From Bryobacterales bacterium (GTDB lineage: Bacteria > Acidobacteriota > Terriglobia > Bryobacterales > UBA6623), in contig JAPOOG010000073.1 in NCBI GenBank assembly GCA_026713545.1, positions 4,184-68,183 on the forward strand: 64,000 nucleotides of DNA, read 5' to 3'. Position 1 is the stretch's first letter; every line of letters starts with the position of its first letter. A program made the translations under genes and the position numbers. Positions 1-8,301 of the stretch are shown here, in pieces. Under the pieces are notes generated by a model that did not search any database, was not told the origin of the DNA, and saw nothing but the letters and a program-made list of their open reading frames with translations.

Positions 1-490
1 TGCAACCTCCGCGGTAATAGCTCGACTCGGCCATCATGTAGCGGAGTCCGGTCTTCTCCTTCATGTCTTTCAGTTTCCCGGCATCCTCGAGCGTATGGCA
101 GGCGGGCACGGCGCAGCAAACATGCAGGCCGCGCTCGAAGCTCATCTCAACGTGTTTCACATGAGACGGCGCGTCGCTGAAGATCGCCACCGCATCCAGG
201 TCACGACGCCGACTCAACAGCTCTTCGAAGGAGTTGTAGGCGTTGTCGCAACGGTATTGCTTGCGCAGGCGGTCACGGCGCGCTTCATGCAGGTCGGTCA
301 CAGCGACGACTTCGCAATGCGGGTGCTCGTGCCAAAGAAAGGTGGCGCCGAAACCACCGCCGACCACGGCCAGGCGGATTCTCTTTCCGGAAGATGACGG
401 GGATTGCGAGGAAGCGGCCCGTCCCGCCTGGAGGGGCGCCGCGGCTACTGCGGCAGAAGACGTACTGAGGAACTCCCTTCTCGTTTTCAT
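1..490 (-). CDS. Gfo/Idh/MocA-family oxidoreductase, N-terminal part (3' end runs off the window)
   Basis: Absent from the ORF track because it has no stop inside the window. My translation of the minus strand from ATG 490-488 gives MKTRREFLSTSSAAVAAAPLQ...KRIRLAVVGGGFGATFLWHEHPHCEVVAVTDL. That is a twin-arginine RREFL signal followed by a Rossmann GxGxxG start. Clear paralogue of the 55870-57120 product. Confidence 0.75.
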   Translation of the reverse strand, partial: MKTRREFLSTSSAAVAAAPLQAGRAASSQSPSSSGKRIRLAVVGGGFGATFLWHEHPHCEVVAVTDLHEARRDRLRKQYRCDNAYNSFEELLSRRRDLDAVAIFSDAPSHVKHVEMSFERGLHVCCAVPACHTLEDAGKLKDMKEKTGLRYMMAESSYYRGGC

Positions 491-774
491 CGCTGCGAAC
501 CTCTCATCGGCTTTTGCTTCCTGTCGCGGCTCAGTGGACTTATCTCTTCGAGACAAGCAAAGACAACGGCTACCGGCCATAGTATAGAAACTCCTCCCTC
601 GGGAATCGCGGCTTTTCGCAGGAAGATGGAACCTTGGGTTAGACTGGTGAGCGATATGATGGCGCGGACCACTTCTCACGAAGAATCCATTCCGGAACGA
701 AACCCGAAATTGTCAACGAATGAAGACGGTTCGGGTGGGCCGGGCGGCGTTTCATTCATGTGAGGAAAGAGACC

Positions 775-2154
775 ATGAGGACGAATACACGACAGGAAAA
801 GCTGCTGCGACGGACTTTTCTGGACTATCAAGCGACCTCGGAGTTTCTCAAGAATCCGCTCATCATGAACAAGGCGGAGGGGTTGTATTACTGGGATGTG
901 GAGGGGAAGCGGTACTTTGACGGTATCGGGGGCATTTTCGTCGCCACGCTGGGGCATGGGCACCCGCGCATCATGGAGGCCATGGAGCGGCAGATGCGCC
1001 AGCTCAGTTTCGCGCCTCCCATGCATGGGACAGCCGATGTCACGTTGGATTTCGTAGAGAAGCTGGGCAGCATCACACCGGGAAACCTGAACTACATCAA
1101 ACCGTTCAGCGGGGGGTCAGAGTCGATCGAGGCCGCCATCAAGTTTACGAGGCAATACTTCAAACAGACCGGGCGGCCTGGCAAGTACAAGTTCATCAGC
1201 AGGTACTTCTCCTATCACGGGGCCACGTTCGGCGCCATGTCGGCCAGTGGGACGGGCAACCGCAAGAGCCGCTTCGAGCCGCAAATGAGCGGCTTCTTGA
1301 AGGTGTTCCCGCCGACTTTCTACCGCGATCGTTTTTCCACCTGGGAGGAGTGCAATCGCTTCAGCGCCCAAACCATCGAAGACGTCATCGTCCACGAAGA
1401 TCCGTACACGGTTGCCGGCGTCATTCTGGAACCGGTCAGCAACACCGGCGGCGTGATCACTCCGACGCGCGAGTATTTTCAGATCATTCGAGAGATCTGC
1501 GACCGCTACGACGTCGCGCTGATCTTCGACGAGATCATCACCGGCTACGGCAAGACGGGATCGATGTTCGCGGCGCAGACCTACGAAGTCACTCCGGACA
1601 TCATCTGCGGCGGCAAGGGGCTTTCAAGCGGAGCCATTCCACTGGGAGCCATGATTGTTCGCGAGGACATGGCGGAGGCATTCGAGGGGGCCGCCGAGGA
1701 GGATGTTCACTTCGCGCATGGACACACCTATGCGGGTAACCCCCTGGCTTGCGCGGTGGGTATTGCCGTGATTGACGAGATTGTCGACAAGCAGCTTGAT
1801 CGCAGGGCCGCTGCTCTGGGAGAGTACCTTGCCCTCAAGCTCCAGGGCCTCGAAGAGTTGGGTGTTGTCCGAGAGGTCCGCGGCAAAGGATTGCTGCGCG
1901 GGGTGGAACTGGTGAAAGATACCCGCACGATGGAGCCTTATCCCGAACTCGGACTGGCGCTGAAACGTACGGCGCTCGAGAATGGCCTCATCATGCGCAT
2001 CGATCCCACATGGTTCGCGGTCTCGCCCGCGCTCCTCGTGGAGGAGTCGGATATCGACGAGTTGTGCGGGCTTATCCGGAAGAGTCTGATGGATGCCATC
2101 GAACGGACCAAATACAGTGAAGCCGTGGCGGTCCCGCTTGCAGGGCGTTCCTAA
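775..2154 (+). CDS. Class III (omega-type) PLP-dependent aminotransferase
   Basis: The 464-aa ORF carries typical class III blocks (GGIFVATLGHGHP, FSGGSESIEAAIKF, SYHGATFGAMS, ALIFDEIITGYGKTG). ATG 775 is preferred over GTG 760 because GAGGAAAGAG lies just upstream. Confidence 0.9.
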   Translation: MRTNTRQEKLLRRTFLDYQATSEFLKNPLIMNKAEGLYYWDVEGKRYFDGIGGIFVATLGHGHPRIMEAMERQMRQLSFAPPMHGTADVTLDFVEKLGSITPGNLNYIKPFSGGSESIEAAIKFTRQYFKQTGRPGKYKFISRYFSYHGATFGAMSASGTGNRKSRFEPQMSGFLKVFPPTFYRDRFSTWEECNRFSAQTIEDVIVHEDPYTVAGVILEPVSNTGGVITPTREYFQIIREICDRYDVALIFDEIITGYGKTGSMFAAQTYEVTPDIICGGKGLSSGAIPLGAMIVREDMAEAFEGAAEEDVHFAHGHTYAGNPLACAVGIAVIDEIVDKQLDRRAAALGEYLALKLQGLEELGVVREVRGKGLLRGVELVKDTRTMEPYPELGLALKRTALENGLIMRIDPTWFAVSPALLVEESDIDELCGLIRKSLMDAIERTKYSEAVAVPLAGRS

Positions 2155-3923
2155 GCAGGCACTGTGCCGACAGCAACGTTTCCCAGGCTCCGTTTCTGGA
2201 AGACACCGGAACCCTCCTTGAGGATGACGAGCTGGTCTGCGCCGACTCCGGGAACCTTCTCGATCGCACCGTTCGGCCATCGAATTTCCAAGTCGGCCTT
2301 TGATTCCCGCCCTAGGCCGAAATGCAGGCGGCTGTCGTTTGCGGAATAGAAGCTGGTTTGGCTCGTCACGGCCTGGGCTTGCATCCGCTCACCGTAGCGG
2401 GCGATGACCGTTGCCCCGATGGCGCTGCGGTTGGACTTCACGCCGATCAGCTTGACCTTCAACCAATGATGGCCGCTCTCGACGTCGTTGCGTAGCAGCG
2501 ATGGAGGTTCATTGAGGTTCACGATCAGGACGTCGATGTCACCGTCATTGTCGAAGTCTCCAAATGCACATCCTCGACTGTTATGCACCTCCGGAATCGC
2601 CGGCCCGCCCAGATCCATCAGTTCTTCGAACTTCCCGCCGCCCAGATTGCGGAAGATCACGCGGGGCGTCTTGTGGGGATAGTTCGGCAGCACCTTTTCC
2701 ACTTCGGGATAGACGCTGCCGGTCACAAAGAAGATGTCCGGCAGACCGTTGTTATCCAGATCGACGATCCCCGCGCCCCAGCCGGTGAAACGGACCTCGA
2801 CACCAAGACCCGCTCTTATCGTGACGTCGTCGAAATTCGCTCGGCCGTCGTTGCGATAAAGGATGTTCGTGTCGTCGGCGAAGTGTGTCTTGAAGATGTC
2901 GAGGTTGCCATCCGAATTGTAGTCGCCTACAGCCAGACCCATCCCGGCCTGCTCCATGCCATCTTCATTGAGGGCGACTCCACGTTCCATCCCTTCCTCG
3001 GAAAAAGTGCCGTTATGGTTGTTGCGAAAAAAGAAACTGGGGGTGGAGTCACAGGCGACATAGATGTCGGTCCATCCGTCGCTGTCGAGATCGGCGGCCA
3101 CGGCGGTCATGCCGTACCCCCCTTCAGCCGCGGCGACTCCGGAATCTTCGCTTACATCCGTAAACGTGCCGTCTCCGTTGTTGTGGTAGAGAAGATGCCT
3201 GCCGGGCGGAAGGCCGCGCGGCCCGCAGTTCACAGGTATCCCTTTCCAGTTGCAGGTTCCTCCCTCACCCGGTTTCGGAACGTTCTCGATGTCAAAGACC
3301 AGGTAGTTGGACACAAAAAGGTCGAGGAACCCGTCGCGATCGTAGTCGATGAAAGTGCAGCCGGCACCCCAGCGCATCTCTTCCCTCCACAGCCCCGCCT
3401 CTCTGGTGACATTGGTGAAAGTGCCGTCGCCGTTATTGCGATACAGTACGTTCTGACCCCAGTAGGTGACAAACAAGTCCTCATGCCCGTTGTTATCGTA
3501 GTCTCCGACGCAAACGGAAGAGGCCCAGCCCGTCCGAGTTAATCCCGCCTCGCGAGTTACGTCAGTGAAGGTGCCGTCCCGGTTGTTCTTATAGAGCCGA
3601 TTCGTGACTCCTTCAGGATCACCGGCAAGGCGAGTACCGCTCAAAAGAAAGATATCGAGCCAGCCGTCGTTGTCGTAGTCCAAGAAGGCGGCCCCGCATC
3701 CGATGGTTTCGAGAATATAGTCCTTGCGGTCAACAGGACCGTAAATGACCGGCGAACGAAGGCCGGCTTTATCCGCAACATCGACAAAGCTTGCATGGAA
3801 GGGAAGGCCGGAGGGTTTGCCGCGCGGGAGCGCTCTGACACCTCGTGTGGCCACCCCTTGCGACCATAGCCGGGTTGCCGGTGCTCCCAGAAGCGCCAAC
3901 AAGTTGCGGCGCGACCACAACAT
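2151..3923 (-). CDS. CRTAC1 / ASPIC-UnbV family FG-GAP (VCBS) repeat protein, secreted
   Basis: 590-aa ORF with repeated DYDNDGWLDIF / DYDRDGFLDLF / DLDSDGWTDIY / DFDNDGDIDV calcium-binding FG-GAP motifs, plus a C-terminal UnbV-like segment. The N-terminus looks like a signal peptide. Confidence 0.85.
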   Translation of the reverse strand: MLWSRRNLLALLGAPATRLWSQGVATRGVRALPRGKPSGLPFHASFVDVADKAGLRSPVIYGPVDRKDYILETIGCGAAFLDYDNDGWLDIFLLSGTRLAGDPEGVTNRLYKNNRDGTFTDVTREAGLTRTGWASSVCVGDYDNNGHEDLFVTYWGQNVLYRNNGDGTFTNVTREAGLWREEMRWGAGCTFIDYDRDGFLDLFVSNYLVFDIENVPKPGEGGTCNWKGIPVNCGPRGLPPGRHLLYHNNGDGTFTDVSEDSGVAAAEGGYGMTAVAADLDSDGWTDIYVACDSTPSFFFRNNHNGTFSEEGMERGVALNEDGMEQAGMGLAVGDYNSDGNLDIFKTHFADDTNILYRNDGRANFDDVTIRAGLGVEVRFTGWGAGIVDLDNNGLPDIFFVTGSVYPEVEKVLPNYPHKTPRVIFRNLGGGKFEELMDLGGPAIPEVHNSRGCAFGDFDNDGDIDVLIVNLNEPPSLLRNDVESGHHWLKVKLIGVKSNRSAIGATVIARYGERMQAQAVTSQTSFYSANDSRLHFGLGRESKADLEIRWPNGAIEKVPGVGADQLVILKEGSGVFQKRSLGNVAVGTVPA

Positions 3924-3988
3924 GACCTGACACTATACCAGCGAGAAAGTCTCGGACTTCCGCTTCCTGTCCGGGACGGAGTCCTTCT

Positions 3989-4017
3989 TTACACGATCTT
4001 GACCGGTGGCGGATAAT
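3989..4017 (+). promoter_or_regulatory. Candidate sigma70-type promoter (TTACAC-17 nt-GATAAT) upstream of RepA copy A and the CocE/NonD gene
   Basis: Hexamers and 17-nt spacing read directly from the sequence. No experimental support. Confidence 0.3.
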
Positions 4018-4091
4018 CTTGAGCGTCTTTAGCAACCGCGAGTTCAAGTTCACGAGGTCCGCGATGATTGGGAAATCAAGGGCGATGCCGG

Positions 4092-4258
4092 CCCGCCTTT
4101 CTCGCCACCCGGCGGCCGAAGCAGGCGATACGACCGCCATGACTTCGCTTTCCCTTCGCAACGCTTGCTTACCGTGCTCGACGTACTGTCAAGTACGCCT
4201 GGGCTCGCCAAGCGGCCCTCGCACGCACTTCATCTCGCCGCGCGGCGTGAAAGGCAGG
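4092..4258 (-). repeat. RepA copy A (inverted relative to the other copies, decayed, about 167 bp)
   Basis: Its reverse complement aligns along its length with the 19674-19849 and 39158-39333 copies. It lacks about 19 nt and has a roughly 14-nt insertion. Terminal repeats are recognisable but degenerate (CCCGCCTTTCTCGCCAC ... GTGAAAGGCAGG). Confidence 0.8.
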
Positions 4259-6043
4259 CTTGCGACGCTTCTGCTGCTGGCCTGGAGCAGCTTTCTGTTC
4301 GGCGAAACGGAAGATTGGAGGGGCATGCTGTCGAAGGAAGAGCATGAAGCCGCGACCTTGATCGATCAAAAGGTACCGATGCGTGACGGAGTAAGGCTGT
4401 CGGCGGATGTGTACCTTCCAAAGCAAGAGGGCGAGTGGCCGGTCATCCTCGAACGAATCCCTTACGACAACAGCGGCGAGTGGTACGTCAACCGCGCTCT
4501 CTACTTTGCCAGGCGCGGATATGCCTACGTCTTGCAGGATTGCCGCGGCCGCTATGACTCCGAGGGCAAATGGTATCCCTGGTTCAACGAAATCGACGAC
4601 GGGCGCGACAGCCTCGATTGGTGTGGAACCCAGCCTTGGTCCAACGGCAACGTCGGAATGAACGGCATGTCGTACATGGGGCTGGTGCAGTGGCTGGCGG
4701 CTCCCACCGGCTCGCCTTACTTGAAAGCCATCATTCCTCAGATGGCGTCCGCGGACTTCTACATCTACGGCATGAACTATTTCGGTGGCGTCTTCACGCA
4801 TTTCATCAACCTGCCGTGGTCCATCCGCACCAGCAGCCGGTCGATGCAAACCTATATCCCTTACGACCCGGAAGCGCTGTTCAATCATCTGCCGATTATC
4901 GAGGCGGACAAGGCCGCCACCGGCCGTGAGATCGATTTCTATCGCGATTGGGTTCGCCATTCTTCCTACGACGACTACTGGAAGAAGATCAGCAACTACG
5001 GGAAGTTTCAAAAGATGGACTTGCCGATCTTACAGATCTGCGGTTGGCTCGACTGGCATGCCCGCTCCCTGTTCGCCAACTACGAGGGAATCGAAAAAGA
5101 TGGAACCGAACGCGCCCGCAGGCTGCAGAAAGTAGTCGTCGGCCCCTGGGTCCATACCGACAAGCCGCAACAGAAATACGGAGTGCTCGATTTTGGCGAA
5201 CGGTCGGTAATGGATCTTTATGAATTGTGGCTCCGTTGGATGGATCGCTGGCTGAAAGGAATCAAGAACGGCGCTGAGGACATGCCGCCATTGAAGCTGT
5301 TCGTGATGGGCAAGAACCAGTGGCGGACCGCCGAGAAGTGGCCGCTGCCGGATACGAGGTGGACCCCCTATTACCTGCATAGCGGAGGCCGGGCCAACTC
5401 GTTGTTCGGCGATGGAGAACTGAAGAAGGAAAAGCCTGCGCCGGATCAGCCTCCTGATTCCTATACGTACGATCCGTCCGACCCAGTACCTTCGCTTGGA
5501 CTGGAGCCCAACGGGCAGATCTATCCACTGGACCATCGGCCAATCGAGCGCAGGGATGATGTGCTGGTCTACACGACCGAGCCACTGGACGCGGGGCTGG
5601 AGATCACCGGACCCGTCCAGGCCATCCTCCACGCGAGCAGTTCGGCAGTGGACACCGATTGGACGGTGAAGCTGTTGGATGTCTTTCCGGATGGCAGAGC
5701 CATCAACCTGTGCGACGGCATACTGCGCGCACGCTTTCGGGAACCCCGGGCGATTCGAACGGCTCTGCCCTCACCCGGACAATACGAGAACCCGCTCCTG
5801 ATGAACCCGGGAGAGGCGTATGAGTTTTTTGTGGAGATCGGGGTGATCAGCCATATGTTCTTGCCGGGGCACCGCATTCGCATCGAAGTGTCCAGCAGCA
5901 ACTTCCCCAAGTCGAACAGGAACCTCAACAACGGCGGCAAGTTGGGAATCGATCCCGAGATCGTAGTTGCCCAGCAAACGATCTATCACAACGCCGAACG
6001 CGCCTCGCACATCCTGCTGCCCGTGATCCCGGCCAGCCCTTGA
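4247..6043 (+). CDS. CocE/NonD-family hydrolase (S15 X-Pro dipeptidyl-peptidase-like alpha/beta hydrolase)
   Basis: Family blocks RIPYDNSGEW, LQDCRGRYDSEGKW and NGMSYMGLVQW (GxSYxG nucleophile elbow), plus a C-terminal jelly-roll domain. The longest ORF starts at 4019 inside RepA. GTG 4247 would give MKGRLATLLLLAWSSFLFG, a good signal peptide. ATG 4325 is the alternative start. Confidence 0.85.
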   Translation: MKGRLATLLLLAWSSFLFGETEDWRGMLSKEEHEAATLIDQKVPMRDGVRLSADVYLPKQEGEWPVILERIPYDNSGEWYVNRALYFARRGYAYVLQDCRGRYDSEGKWYPWFNEIDDGRDSLDWCGTQPWSNGNVGMNGMSYMGLVQWLAAPTGSPYLKAIIPQMASADFYIYGMNYFGGVFTHFINLPWSIRTSSRSMQTYIPYDPEALFNHLPIIEADKAATGREIDFYRDWVRHSSYDDYWKKISNYGKFQKMDLPILQICGWLDWHARSLFANYEGIEKDGTERARRLQKVVVGPWVHTDKPQQKYGVLDFGERSVMDLYELWLRWMDRWLKGIKNGAEDMPPLKLFVMGKNQWRTAEKWPLPDTRWTPYYLHSGGRANSLFGDGELKKEKPAPDQPPDSYTYDPSDPVPSLGLEPNGQIYPLDHRPIERRDDVLVYTTEPLDAGLEITGPVQAILHASSSAVDTDWTVKLLDVFPDGRAINLCDGILRARFREPRAIRTALPSPGQYENPLLMNPGEAYEFFVEIGVISHMFLPGHRIRIEVSSSNFPKSNRNLNNGGKLGIDPEIVVAQQTIYHNAERASHILLPVIPASP

Positions 6044-6140
6044 GGTCCGACTCTCTTCCCTATCCGAGCTGCAAGCGGACGATCAACGGCGCCGGCTTTG
6101 CGTTTCCATGAGACGGCTCTGAGAATGAGAACAAAGCGAT

Positions 6141-7226
6141 ATGGAATACGATCCGCGCAAGAACAGGCCGATTGACCTGCGCAGCGATACGGCAACAAAT
6201 CCCTCACCCGCCATGCGTCAGGCAATGGCTGGCGCAGAAGTCGGCGAAGACGGGCTGCACGAAGACCCGACCGTCAATCAACTGGAGGAACGGACTGCGG
6301 AACTACTGGGCAAAGAGGCTGCGCTGTTCGTTCCGACGGGAACGATGGGCAACCTCGTCGCGGTGAAGGTTCATACTCAGCCGGGTGAGGAGATGATCCT
6401 TGAAGAGCACAGCCACCTTTACAACGCGGAGATGGCCGGGTTATCGGCCGTCTGCGGTCTGTTGGCGCGGCCGATACCCGGAGATCAGGATGGCATGCTG
6501 TGCTGGGGAGACCTACGAGCGAGAATACGGCCGCGGGTGTACAGCCGCTCACAGACACGCCTGATCTGCCTGGAAAACACCCACAACCTCCGCGGAGGCA
6601 CGGTCCTCGACAACGAGCTCGTGGGGGATCTTTGCGCCCGTGCCCACGAACTCGGATTGAAGACTCACCTGGACGGCGCCCGGCTGATGAACGCGTCGGT
6701 GGCCAGCGGGCTTTCCCTGGCTACGCTGTCCGCAGGGTTCGACTCGGTGATGATCGACTTCGCGAAGGGATTGGGCGCCCCGGCAGGAGCTGTCGTTGCC
6801 GGCCCGGCCGGGTGGATCGAGAGTGCCCGCAGCGTGCGAAAGCTACTGGGCGGTGCGATCCATCAACCAGGCATCCTGGCCGCCGCCGGCCTCCATGGAT
6901 TGAAAGATTTTCCCGTTCGGTTGAGGGACGATCATCGGAAAGCGAGGAGACTGTCCGAGGCTCTTTCGAAAATCCACGGTGTCATGGTGGATCCGGAGCG
7001 CGTCGTGACCAATATCGTCATTGCCAACTTGGCGGAGAACTTGAACGGGGCGGCCGCATGCGAGCGTCTGCAGGAAAGGGGAATCCTGGTTCATCTCCTG
7101 GAAGACGGACGACTACGGTTTGTCACGCATGGCAGTGTCAGTGATGAGGAGCTCGGCTTTGCGATCGATTGCCTGAGGGAAGAAATTCCAAGGCTATATA
7201 GGGACAGTAAACCTCCTGACGTCTGA
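6141..7226 (+). CDS. Threonine aldolase / beta-eliminating lyase family PLP enzyme
   Basis: 361-aa ORF. The N-terminal IDLRSDTATNPSPAMRQAM...GEDGLHEDPTVNQLEE...LFVPTGTMGN is the classic low-specificity threonine aldolase pattern. Confidence 0.85.
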   Translation: MEYDPRKNRPIDLRSDTATNPSPAMRQAMAGAEVGEDGLHEDPTVNQLEERTAELLGKEAALFVPTGTMGNLVAVKVHTQPGEEMILEEHSHLYNAEMAGLSAVCGLLARPIPGDQDGMLCWGDLRARIRPRVYSRSQTRLICLENTHNLRGGTVLDNELVGDLCARAHELGLKTHLDGARLMNASVASGLSLATLSAGFDSVMIDFAKGLGAPAGAVVAGPAGWIESARSVRKLLGGAIHQPGILAAAGLHGLKDFPVRLRDDHRKARRLSEALSKIHGVMVDPERVVTNIVIANLAENLNGAAACERLQERGILVHLLEDGRLRFVTHGSVSDEELGFAIDCLREEIPRLYRDSKPPDV

Positions 7227-7350
7227 CGAATGAGTGACCGAACACCGCTTGTGAGACGATCTGGTATCATGCTCGTCCTCGCCGTCCCCACTCTCGTTTC
7301 AGCGCCGGCGGCCGAACGGACAGGGCTCTGAGCCACCGGCAAGGCCCTCC

Positions 7351-8253
7351 ATGAAGGCCCTTCACAATGATGACCTGATTCCCAAAGACCAGACGAAGGT
7401 GCAGCTCGACACGGTTGCCTTCAAGTACGCGGCAATGGTCTTCGAGGGCATTCGAGCTTACTGGAACGAGACGGAGGAACAGCTATTCGTCTTCAGACTC
7501 GGGGACCATGCACGGCGTCTGGAGAACTCCGTCAGAATCATGCGAATGGATACCCGACTGACGGCCAAGGACTACAGCAGTGCGGTGCTAAGGGTCCTTG
7601 AGGCGAACGAGATTCGCCAGGATGCGCACATCCGCCAGATGGTCTATGTCGATGGCCCTGGGGAGATGTTCGGAACCGGGCCCGTCAGCCATTCGGTGGT
7701 CGCCATTCCCAAGGGACGGTGGTTTTCTGAAGACGAGGCCGGCATTCACGTTTGCGTCAGCTCCTGGCAGCGTATCAGTGACAGTTCGCTGCCACCGAGA
7801 GTCAAATGCGCCGCCAATTACCAAAACGGCCGATTAGCCCTGCTTCAGGCCCGCGAGGATGGCTATGACGGGGCCATCGTGCTGAACAGCTTCGGAAAGG
7901 TCTCCGAGGAGCCCCGGGGATGCGTTTTCATGGTCAAGGGCGGACGCGTCTCTACTCCCAAGGTCACCAATGACATCCTCGAAAGCATCACCCGCGACAC
8001 CCTGATGGTGTTGTTCCGGAACGAGCAAGGCGTGGACGTTGCAGAGCGGGACATCGATCGGACGGAGCTGTATCTCGCCGACGAGCTTTTCATTTGCGGA
8101 AGCGGCCTGGAGGTCACTCCCGTTCTCTCCATGGACCGGCATCAGATCAGCAAAGGAAAACCCGGGGAAATGACCACCGCCATCCGCAAATCCTATCTCA
8201 AGGTGGTGCACGGGGAACTGGCGCAGTACCGTCACTGGCTGAACAAGGTTTAG
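7351..8253 (+). CDS. Class IV aminotransferase (branched-chain / D-amino-acid aminotransferase family)
   Basis: 300-aa ORF with FEGIRAY, an ilvE-like fold-type IV layout and CGSGLEVTPV near the C-terminus. Confidence 0.85.
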   Translation: MKALHNDDLIPKDQTKVQLDTVAFKYAAMVFEGIRAYWNETEEQLFVFRLGDHARRLENSVRIMRMDTRLTAKDYSSAVLRVLEANEIRQDAHIRQMVYVDGPGEMFGTGPVSHSVVAIPKGRWFSEDEAGIHVCVSSWQRISDSSLPPRVKCAANYQNGRLALLQAREDGYDGAIVLNSFGKVSEEPRGCVFMVKGGRVSTPKVTNDILESITRDTLMVLFRNEQGVDVAERDIDRTELYLADELFICGSGLEVTPVLSMDRHQISKGKPGEMTTAIRKSYLKVVHGELAQYRHWLNKV

Positions 8254-8301
8254 CAGCCTTTATCGCCATCTGGCGTGGCGAAAGTACGCGCGGCGGCCGT
8301 C

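Noticed and set aside
4019-4246. Long N-terminal extensions in the ORF track (starts at 4019, 19783, 30087, 33748, 44266, 47068, 57376 and 59163)
   Set aside because: The extensions run through repeats or upstream genes and place 40-100 residues ahead of obvious signal peptides or conserved N-termini. Internal starts with better context were chosen. These remain judgement calls.
4127-4258. RepA might encode a small peptide (MTSLSLRNACLPC... / MTSLRLLAVLDVLSS...)
   Set aside because: The ATG is conserved, but indels between copies shift the frame after a few codons, so the peptide sequences are not conserved. Copy D lacks this core altogether.
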